Assembly: GCF_011745625.1 (NCBI RefSeq)
Contig: NW_027191454.1
Coordinates: 992,001-1,056,000 of the forward strand
DNA: 64,000 nucleotides
Direction of reading: 5' to 3'
DNA from: Cladosporium halotolerans
Lineage: Eukaryota
Part shown: piece by piece, positions 31,302 to 41,593 of the stretch
How the letters are laid out: each line of letters begins with the position of its first letter
How positions within the stretch are numbered: the stretch's first letter is position 1
Made by a program: the position numbers and the translations under genes
Notes under the pieces: generated by a model
Databases searched by the model: none
What the model was told of the DNA's origin: nothing
What the model saw: the letters and a program-made list of their open reading frames with translations, nothing else

Positions 31302-32387
31302 TCACCGCGCCGCAAACACCACGACTCCCAACCCCAGCACCCACGCAGCGGCCTCCCAATGGCACATGCCGGCCTTCACAGCATCACTATGCGGCCCGTG
31401 ATTCGGATAGTGCCCGACACCAATCACGCTCTCGACCTCCTCGCGCTCCTCCGGCGGCGTCGTCGAGAAAAAGTGCGTCTTCCGCCCGTTCGGGTTCGGC
31501 GGCCTCGTCTGGTCCGGCACGGCGCAGACGCTGTCGTTCGCCGCCAGGTTCCTGCAACCCGCTTTCGGCTCGTCGCGCGACGTCGTGTTGAAGTACGCCT
31601 TCACGTACCCGACCGTCATGACGGCGTCGCGCAGCGGGGGCTCGGCGCTCGCGTGGCCGAGGCGCAGGGCGCCCTGGCTCGTCGGCAGGTCGGCCGTGGG
31701 CGCGGTCCAGAGCCAGTCGCCGTCGACGTAGAAGTCGGCGCGGTCGGGCAGCCAGTCGAAGCGGTACTCGTGGAACTCGCCCGGGAAGTCGAAGATGGAG
31801 GTGTAGACGCTGCTGGAGTTGGTGGTGTCGGTTTCGTTGGGGTTGGCGCGCGGGGAGTGCACGTTGAGGTGCAGTTGGCTCTTGTTCTGCGAGGGGAAGT
31901 CGATGGCGATGGATTGTGTTTCGTTCAGGTGCCAGGAGAAGACGCCGCGGGTGCCGTTTTCGCCTGAGAAGCGGATTGCGGCGCGGAAGGAGCCGTAGAG
32001 GATGTCTTGTCGTGGGCTTATGAGCTCTGCGATGGGGATCATTTCGTTCTCAGTCGCGTGTCGGACCCAGAGTTGTAGACCGGCATTGCCGACTGAGGCA
32101 GGCGGCCCTCCCTACTTGCCGTCTGCCAGGGGATTTGCGATGATGTTGCCTAGCTGCCTGGATACGCCGAGCTTCTTGGTGGTATCGTTGGATGAGGAGT
32201 TGTAGTCTTGGGGGTGCCAGCCTGTGGCGGTCACATTCTTGACGTGGAAAAAGTCGGTCTCGAAGTAGTCAGTAAACAGACCGAAGTCTTGAGCGTTGGT
32301 GTTGTTGGCAGCGAAGCCGCATTCGCATGAAGCGAGAGCATATGGGATTATGACAGCAAGCAGGGAAAGGATACAGTTGCGCCTCAT
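31302..32387 (-). pseudogene. GH16-like secreted/GPI-type protein with an in-frame TAG (32112-32114) and degenerate catalytic motif; pseudogene or recoded gene
   Basis: Signal peptide, then CECG..FTDYFETDF, GLQLWVR, DILYGSFRA, FHEYRFDWLPDRADFYVDG, YVKAYFN and a hydrophobic C-terminus. The two ORF-track pieces share one frame separated by a single TAG. Confidence 0.7.
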
Positions 32388-33239
32388 TTTGAATATTTCT
32401 GCAAGTGATGATGTGGTATTGTGAGAACTGGATCGAGCTTTCAATTCATGTAGTGATGAATTCATAAACGGATGGATGGCGATGAGATGGAGAGATAGAG
32501 ATTGGAGCAGACGTGGACGAACCATATCGTCCTACAGAGACACACACTGTGCTTTCCTTTCAATTTGCACGCCTTATGCCGCCACAGCAATTGCGTTCAT
32601 GAGACGGAATTCCAGCAGCGTCGATCAGCGCCATCTACGTCTAAAGAAAGTCACCCCTCGACGTTGCCATGATGCCCTGGCACTTACCTAGTACTGCCTT
32701 CCCAATCTTAACTTACTCAATTATTAGGAGACTCCTGCGTCTCTGGCCGGAGTCTCAACTTTTGGGGGATTATTCGTCCCAACGAACATACCAATTCAAT
32801 ACATGGTGTCACCGCATCCTGGCATGTCAACTGAGCACGGTCAACGTATCAATAGGTAGAACATGCCGCCGGAACAATTCAATCTGGAAAACAGAAAAAC
32901 AGCTAAAATCGTTCGTGGATCTCATGATACTCATTTATTTTTCTCTCCACTTTTCTTTCTCCTTTCAGCCCTCAACAGATTTACCCGTTCCTTCGAATCG
33001 AGCCCTCCTCCGAAGATTCGCACCGGTGCATATCATCAGATCTCTCGAGTGATCCGAAAAATGCAGAAGATATGTAGCTAGAGCAAGGCAGCCGTTTGGG
33101 ATGATTCGCCGTCAAAACGCCCAGCAAAGTTTCTCGAAGTATCGCGGAAATGGCAAATCAATCGGTCAATCGGTCGGCGCCGCTCTCGAGCGTGCCGTTG
33201 TTCGTTCGTTCGTTCTTTCTTTTGTTCGTGGGGCGTTCA

Positions 33240-36200
33240 TCATAGGAAGCCGGACTCGGAGAGCAGTCTGTTTCGTGGATTTGCGTTAGCATCACGCCAA
33301 ATTCGACAGGTCGAGGGAAAAGCCCAAAACTCACCTAGCGATCTTCTCGTCCTCCCGTTCCCTGGGCTCGACCTGCAAGCTGCGCTCGTACATCTCGTGC
33401 ACGTCTCCGGCGGTCTGCATGTTGCGCACGATGTAATCCTGCAGCTCGGAGACGCCCTGCAGGCCGTAGGGCACGTTCTGGTACTGCTGGATGTCGCGGA
33501 TGACCTCGGCGGTCTTGGCGCGCTTGGCGAAGTTGATGAGCTGCGTCTTCTTGATGATGGACGGGATGCCGTCCTCGATGAAGGTCAGGTCGGTGAGGTA
33601 GATGCCGAAGAACGGGATGCAGGGCGGGTTGGCCTTGTGCAGCGTGTCGCGGTACTCGAGGAAGTTCTTCGTCGAGCCCATGAGCTTGCGCATGGATTCG
33701 AGGGTTTGAGTCGTGCGCGCGTTGACTTGGGTCCAGGTGCGGTTGAGGCGGTGGACGGGCGCTGAGCCGAGCGCGGAGATGATGGAGGTCAGGCAGGAGA
33801 AGTTGTTGAGGGAGCGGCACTTGTCGGCGATGGTGACGAAGTGCTTGATAACGACTACGCGGCGCTTGACGTCGGCTTGCGTGAGGATCATTTGCGCGAC
33901 CCAGTTCGTGAGCTGGTTCGAATGCAAGATGAGCGCCTTCACGTTGGCTGCTGGATCCGCCTCGTCGGCAGCGAGCTTCTTCTGCCAGGTCTTGTTCAGA
34001 CACTCTGTGGGTCGAATTTTGCCGTACAGTCGCGACTCGATGATGGTGAGCTGGCGAGCGAACTCCAGGGCGTCAATGTCCAAGAACTTGAGCTTCTTCA
34101 TGTTCTTCGGAATGATCGGAGCCGGAGCTTGCCCGTTCAGCGTGAGGACCAGACGCTTGCTTGTCGCATCCTGACCACGCATACGCTGTTCGATGGCAGT
34201 CATCAAAGGCCCAGCACCAGGTGTGCTGGTGGACTGAACCGTATCCTGCGCAAAGTCGTACACCTTCTGCATGAGTTGTTGGCTCGTCTCCTCACTGCCC
34301 TCCATCCAGTAGTTGTCAAACCATGACTTGAGGATATTCACCACACGGAAGCGGATAGGCTTCTGCTTCTGATCAATCCAGTGTTGCAATCCTTCGTCCG
34401 CGAGACCAGGCGGAGGTTGAAGAGTCCATCGCTTGACGAGGAGATCGAAGAGCTCGGGAGCAGTCGTGAACGATCGATAGGTCAAGAGGAAAGTGTTGTT
34501 GAACGGTGAATCCAGACGGTCGTGCCTCGTGAGCTGTTCGACAAGCGCCGTGAGCGTACCGCCACGCAGCATCGGTGGATCGGTCTTGTAGTCGTATGCA
34601 ATCTCGCCCTCGTGATCCAAACGGAGATACTCAGGAATATCTTCTGATTCCTTCGGAGTTGCTGGTACCTCGCCGAAGAAGCGCTTCACCTTCGAATTGT
34701 CCACATTCCGCTGGTCAACCGCAGGAACACCTTCAGTGAAAGACTTCGAGTGCCCAACATCAGCCAAGAGCTGAGGACGCATATTGCTCGAGTTGTTACG
34801 GACGTGCTGGTCAAATGTCGCTCCGCCGTCAGTAAGACGATGGGGGTCCCTGCCAAAGGAGTCATCTGCCGAAGGCATGAGTTCTGAGAGCAACTGGAGA
34901 GAGAAAAGAAGCTGAGAAGCCGCGGTGTCGAGTTCACGACCTACGGATCTCACACGACTGACTCTTTCATCAAGAGACGTGCCTCGAACCTCAGCCCATT
35001 CGTCAGCAAGCGGGCTGGCAACCGCCTGGCATGCCATGACCAAATCTGACGTCGCGTCGTACAGCTTCTGCTTGTGCTCAGCGAAGTCGTTGATTTGCGG
35101 GTTGGTAAAGTCGGATCCCAAGGGCGAGAGGTTGATGGACTCCACAGTGGCAAGGTACGGCCTGCAGACTTCCACAACGTGACCGCCCTGTTTACAGATA
35201 TTGCTACTGATCTTTTTGTGCTTTTGCGGTGTGATGAGCGTCTCGCGTAGCACAAGATGCTCGTCTAGCCTTCTGATGCTTGAGACCACGAGTCTCTTCA
35301 GATCTTCGAGCCGCTCCAGCAAGCCCTGGTCGAGCGTCGCCGTCGGCTCGATGATCGCATCGGGCTCGTCATCCATGAATGTCATCGAAGCCATAGGGTC
35401 TTTGGAGAAGAGGCCGTTGCTCTGCCAGTTCCCCGCATTTCTGCTGCCAGAGACAAAGCCCGGTGTAAGTCTCGGGATGTCCTCTCCCCGCTGCTGCCGT
35501 GCGACCTCCACGAAGCCATAAACTCCGTGTAGCACGCCCTCGGCTTCCTGCAGACATTTCTGATAAGAGTCTGGGGCAGGCCAGTCCGCGGCGGCGATAT
35601 GCGACGAGAGCACGAGCTTCGAGAAGCGGGACATCATTTCCCTAAAATGAGGGTACAGCGCCTTATTGGTGGAGATGATCGAAGGATTTCCGGAGTGGTT
35701 GTCGGTAGTACCTGATCCAGCCGCCAGGAGGAGACGCAAGTGGTCGGAGATGTCTTCAGCTTTGCGCACGTACTCCGACCGCTCACCTGTGTTGATGACT
35801 TCGCGGTAACGCTGGACGGCACGGCGCATGTCTTCTACCATTGTGTTCCACGTCAATGGCACGGCATGCGCGTCGTCGAAAAAGCGGCGCGCCAGAAGCG
35901 AGGTTGTGGAGGCGGCGGCCGGCGCGTTAGCGAAAGACGCCATGGTTGTACCAATGGGAGGGATGCCCTGCTGCATAGCCGAAAAGGACGTGTTGTTCAT
36001 CGCGGAGAAGTTGTTATGTGATCGGTTCCTTGAAGCTGCAGTCAACGAGTCAATCGAAGTCGCGGGCGACACGCCGTCAGACAGAAACGAGTTGCGGTGG
36101 CGGTGGGTCTGGATGCTGTGTTAGTCTGTAAATGCACACATGCCGACGAATGCGACAAGCTGTCGGTGACCTACACTTGATCTCTTCGGCCCCTTTGTGA

Positions 36201-36822
36201 AAGAGTCCTCTGCCTCTGACGCGGATGCATAGTCCGTATCATCGTCTCGTTCATATCCAGCGGCCATGAGCTCCGCAGGCGGTCGGCTCTGGTCTGGGAT
36301 GTAAATATTGGTTCTATCGTGAGGACCGGTCTCGTTCGCAGATGTGGGTGCCTCAAGAGGCAGCTCCATCCTGCTGTCGCCAGTCAGGGTGTTGAAGTAG
36401 AACAGCCGTCCGTCCGGAGTGGCCTGTGGTATCCAGAACGCCGCTTCCTCCTGCACGCTCGTGGTCATGGCATCGTGATGCGCAAGGACTCCGTTCACGG
36501 CGCCCCTGCCAAAGCTCTGGTCTAGGCCCATCTGAGGCTCTGCATAGTCGTCCTCTGACTCCTCCGCCTCCGAGTCCAGTCCGGCTCTGCTGCCGCGGCC
36601 GTCGTCGAAGGGCGCGTTCACGACCGCGCAGTAGTTGCTCGGGAACCATCCTCTGACCCCGTGTATCACGCCGTCCCACCATCCGCTCTCCAGTTGGGTG
36701 ATCACCTGGATGATGTCGCCCTGGCGGAAGCTCAAGCTCGTGCGGTCGTCGGCGTCGTAGTCGTAGAGCGCTCGCACGTACAGTTGCCCTGCCGGCGAGA
36801 CGCTGCCTGCGAGTCCGTTCAT
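33240..36822 (-). CDS. CDC25: Cdc25-type Ras guanine-nucleotide exchange factor (SH3-WW-RasGEFN-RasGEF); introns 36116..36174 and 33268..33334
   Basis: SH3 YVRALYDY..SGWWDG..GWFPSNY; WW FWIPQATPDGRLFYFN; REM FLLTYRSF; GEF PPCIPFFGIYLTDLTFIEDG, INFAKR; last exon R|LLSESGFL*. Confidence 0.95.
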
Positions 36823-38810
36823 GATTGCGCGTGGTTCGTGGGTGAGGACCGGCGGCGGTGCTCCGGTCCTGGTCGCGCTCGTCTTCAGGGTGTTGCGGGC
36901 GCGAATGTGGCTGAGACAGCTGGCGAGAGAGTGGCCTCAGCGGCGCGGCGGTCGCGGCGTGATCTCGTCGTGCTCGTCGCGGCGCAAGGCGCAGCAGCTC
37001 GCGAGCTGGGTTCGTGGTGCTCTGTGTCGGCAGGTCGTCGTCCGGTGTCCGGTGTCCGGTTCCGCGGGGGATCAGTCCCTGGAATGAAGCTGTTCCCTTA
37101 CCGCAGCAACGGCGGGCGGGTGGCAGAAGGCAGGCAGGCCCAGCTCAACCCGTCACGGGCAGCGTTTGAAGTGAGGCCAGGCCGTCGAAGCGATCAATGA
37201 CCGGCGGCCGCATGCGATCTGCTCTGGCAGTGGAGGGACGGTGTAGGGGGCGCTTGCACGGGGCGGCGATCTGATTTGCCGGGCAGAGTCAGGGCTTGCC
37301 AAGCGGCGCGCGTCTGCGACCGAGAGGGACACGAGGGAGTTGCAGCGAGTGGATGAGAGCCTCGAGAGGCGGCGTGGCATCTAAACACGCCGGCCGGGTG
37401 GACGAGTGAGGCGCGAAGGGCAGGCGAATGGTGGCTGCACCGCGCGTTGCTCTTCTGTTTTCGCCCCAGTGTGCGAGGAGGCCGCTCGTCCCAAAGCAGA
37501 GGGGGCTGACACCACCCCGTCTTTCGCTTGGAATTAAAAGCCCCTCCAGCAGGAAGCGAAGCCTCCACTCCTAGCAGCGTGGAAACGCTCGCGGCGGCGA
37601 GAGCCGGCCCACGGATATGCGTTCCGTTCGTTCGATCGATGCACGGAGACGCTCACGACATGTTTCCTGCTACTTGCTATAGCGTGCTATAAAATCACCC
37701 ACAGGATGGATGAAACGAGCGATAATTCTCGACGATTCTGTCTGCCCATCCGGAAGTGTTCAAGTCGCACGCTGAGCACATTCGTCTCAATTGACTGGCC
37801 CTGCACGCAGCCCTAGCCCAAGGACATCGCGTTTCACGGCCGTCATCATGGATGCGAGAACACTTTCATTCACGGACTCACGTCCGACCCGAAGTACATC
37901 AATGGAAGTACCTGTTCTTGACGGCTTCCGTGCGTGATAAGGCTGCAGCCTCACCGAGGGATGCGCGGCCGATCTCCTCGAAGATCACCGATGCCTGCAA
38001 GAAGCGTGGTGTGACAAGGACCAAAGTCACCTCCCACGATTACCAGGCTCGGTCAGCTTGCAAGAGATCTGGATACGATCAGCATGATGGGATCTGTCAG
38101 GTGAATTAAAACCTGTGGCCTTGCCAAGTAGAGTTATGCGGCATTATCAATCAGGCATCCGAAAACGTGTACCTATGTACCGAAAGTCCATGAGCGGCTC
38201 TTAGCAGGATGGTGATTACGAGACTCAGCGGAGGATCTAGCTAGATGATATTGCGAACAAGTCGAGAAGCACTAGAACAGAAAAAAGAGACCCCCAAGTC
38301 TCCACTCATGGCATTTCCTTCGAGATGAGCGGTTGATATCGGAAGCACAAGCTCGAATCCTAGGTACCGTCAACCTCACCTCAAACCCGCCACGCCCACC
38401 ATCAATTCGAGTACCCGATCCTACCTAAGTACGCAGCCTGATTTTTTCACGTCATTCATGAAAACACCGCAAATACCACTCGATCTTGCATCACTTCCAA
38501 AAAAGGAACATTCTCGCCCTGGATTTCCCAATCATTCAAGATGACCGATCGAAATAAAGGGTCATCGTCCGCGATGAGCATGCCCCAAACCGCACCACTG
38601 CGAGAACTGTCTACCAGCAGATCGTGGAATCACATCGAATTGATATATTCCATGCTCAACATCCCCTCAGTTGTTGTCCCACCTCCCCAAAACCCCAAAC
38701 GCTCCCTTCATCCCAACTCGAACCCCAACCCTAACAACCCCATCGCCACAGCACACCTCCCGCCCTCACAAACCCTACCAACCCCACCGCAAATCAATCT
38801 CTCCTCTTCC

Positions 38811-38855
38811 CTCCTCCTCCTCCTCCTCCTCCTCCTCCTCCTCCTCCTCCTCCTC
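38811..38855. repeat. (CTC)15 microsatellite
   Basis: Perfect trinucleotide run in intergenic DNA. Confidence 0.95.
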
Positions 38856-41102
38856 TGCCTCAGACTCGACTCGATAACCACCCTGTGTCGAAACGATCAA
38901 AGCGTCCGTTAACCGAGCACGCCAAACCCTCGGGTCGGGTCTAATGTGTGCACATATGGGTTGATCTCGAAGTTTCAAGGGGCGGCGCCATCGAGTCGTG
39001 TAGAGGGGTTCGAGCGCGCGGGACAAGGGAGGGGAGGGATGAGGGGTGGAGGGGCGTAGAGGGGTGTGAGAGGGGTGATGGAAATTGTTCGTTGGAAGGG
39101 TTGCTAGCCTGGCTTTGCCGATGGAGTGGTTTGCTGGCGGCGTGGCTACAATAAGGTCGTGAGAAGTGGCGTCTGCTTACCATCAGTGTCCACGGGAAAA
39201 CGAGTGATCCGGAAGGACAATCACGGGTTGCGATCCGCTGTTTGACGCAGTGGTCCTCACGCATCGCGTCGCCTGGCCTCATGAACAGACCAGACCAGAC
39301 CAATTCGCATCGCATCGCATCATCATCACGACTGCCCGATCACCAGCAGGCATGTCACACGCAACAAAACGACGCGGGAAGCCCTTCATCTCGGGCACCC
39401 GCCCAAAGAAGCGACCTCAGACAGCACCGCGCTCGCCCTCTAATTACGAGTTCACGCGGGGGGACAGAGAGAGTGCGCACAGGAGCGTGCGCGCTCTCAG
39501 GGCAACAGACGCGACGAGGCCCAGACCGTGCCCAGCGCCGCGGGCCAGCGATCGCGAGGGGAGGGCCAAATCACCAGCACCGTCATATCACGAAGGGCGC
39601 GCGCACGCACAGAATCGAAAGGAGAAGGGAAGGCGAACTTAGTCCAACTCCACGGGCGATGATGACAATAACTCTCGCTGCCAATCGCGGCGTCAGGCGG
39701 GCGCGACTCGAGCGCAGAGGCATCGGCGTATCGTGGAATCGTGGGAGGTGGGGCCCGTTTCGGGTCTTGCGCGCTAGGGGACGATCCGCGAGCCGAAATG
39801 AGTCGGGGCCGAGCCCTCGTGACTGGGAGCTGGGAACGGAGGACGGCTTCTAGGCTTGGGAGTGCTGGTGGCGCGGGGGCGTGCGCGCGGTGGTGTCGGG
39901 TGCTGGTGCGAGAGGAGGGGTGGTTCACCTTGCTTGGTTGAATTGATTGATTAATTGCTGGCGCGTTCGTTGGCGACGGGGTCGGGTTGCTTTCCCTTGT
40001 TGGCCCCGCATCGGTGAGGGTGTTGTTGAAGGCGGTGAGGTGTTCTCATGCATGGGCAAAGCGATCCGTCAAATGTCAAGGAACGCGCAGTAGCGATTAA
40101 TCGCCTGCCCAAGCCCTCGATACTCCGACACCCGGATGGATTGCGAAGAGAAGGCAGCACGTCCGCTTCTGAGGATCCGGCCAAGTGGGGCAGGGCGCCC
40201 TAGGGACATCTCCCCGTGAGGCTAGTGCAACGCATGGTGATGAAGCGGCGAAGTGTACGCCAGAGACAAGGAACTGGTTTTGCCAGATCTAACGGAGGGC
40301 CCCACCTTGAGGTGTCGCCCGATCGCATGTGAAAGCAGGTTGGCTGGCGGGGTTGACGAGCGCGTATCACGTCGATCGCAAAGCCGTTCCTGCGTCCGGG
40401 CTGGGATCGATGCAACAAGGCATGCGAGCGGGCTTGACGCACAGGAGGCGGCGGCAGGGGAGAGGCCAAAGGGCGCTGATGGTGGAGGAGAGAGTGTGCG
40501 TAGCGGAAGCAAAACAAGTCAAGAGGCTGGGAGGTGCCGCGAGCGATCGGATGCTCGAGGGAGGGCGCACGGTAGACGTCAGCCGCGTAGGTTCGCCGGG
40601 AGGTTGCTCGGGGAGCGGGTCGCGAGTAAGTGAGGCGTGCCGCATGCGTCCGAGGTGTGGCGGTGTGGTTGGCGGCGCGGACGAGCTGCTGCAACGGCGC
40701 ATGGTTTGGAGGTGTCTTGCATGCGGTGGACGACGCCGGCGGCGCGAGACACGTCGGCGGAGAGGGCGGTCAGCGGGCGACACAGCCGGGCGGCGTGTTG
40801 GCAGTGTGCGCTGCTGGCGGGATGCGATGCGATGGCAGGGCGGCGTGGCGCGCTGGGGGATACGGCGCGGGCGCTGGCCTGAAACGGCGGGCTAGTGGCC
40901 GTGGCAGAGGCAGAGGCAGAGGCTGAGCGCGAGGGTGGCCGCGCGCCTCACGTGGGCGTCCCCGGCGGGCGTGTCGGCGTGTCGGTGGCGAGGCAAAGGA
41001 TGGGCATGGCATCGTCTGGCTGGCGGCGTCTCTCGGGCGCGCAACACATGCAATAACAACACGCACGCTATGTGCTGGCGACCGGCGGCGTGGGACCGTG
41101 TG

Positions 41103-41110
41103 TATAAAAA
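41103..41110 (+). promoter_or_regulatory. TATA box of the C2H2 factor gene
   Basis: TATAAAAA isolated in very GC-rich sequence, followed by a CT-rich leader. Confidence 0.6.
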
Positions 41111-41593
41111 CACCAGCCCGAAGCGGCGTCTAGCGGCTGCCGCGCCCGCGCCGCCCAATCGGCTGCTCCGCCCTCCCCGTCCCGCGCCGAGTGGGGCGCT
41201 GCTGTCACTCTGCGCTGCGGCCGGTGCTGCCCACCACGACGCGCCCGCGCCCGCTGCCTCGAACCTCATTCTGGAATTTCCGTCTGCTCCTCCTCTCCCC
41301 TCTTTACCCCTCCAACTCCATCACCACACGACCGCCCATCGCGAGGTACCGTTGTACAGGTACATCTAGTCGCGCGCAGCTCAGCTCAGTCTGCAGCACC
41401 CTCCCTCCACTGCGGTCCCTCCCGCCGAGAACGCCGCGCTTCCCTCTATGCGGCCTGACTTTGCGATGAACCAAACGCCCATACGCAACACCACCGAGAT
41501 TTAATTCCCTGATACAGCTGGCTGTCGCCCGTCGCGCTTTTCTCGTCCACCCGCCGCAGAAAACGCCCGCAGACCCGCAGCCAGCGCAGGAGG

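Noticed and set aside
38720..38740. CAACCCTAAC resembling a telomerase RNA template or telomere seed
   Set aside because: Single copy inside a generally C/A-rich tract; no recognisable pseudoknot U/A tracts nearby and no tandem TTAGGG array.
38541..39026. Poly-Leu, poly-Ser and poly-Glu ORFs
   Set aside because: They are translations of the (CTC)15 microsatellite.
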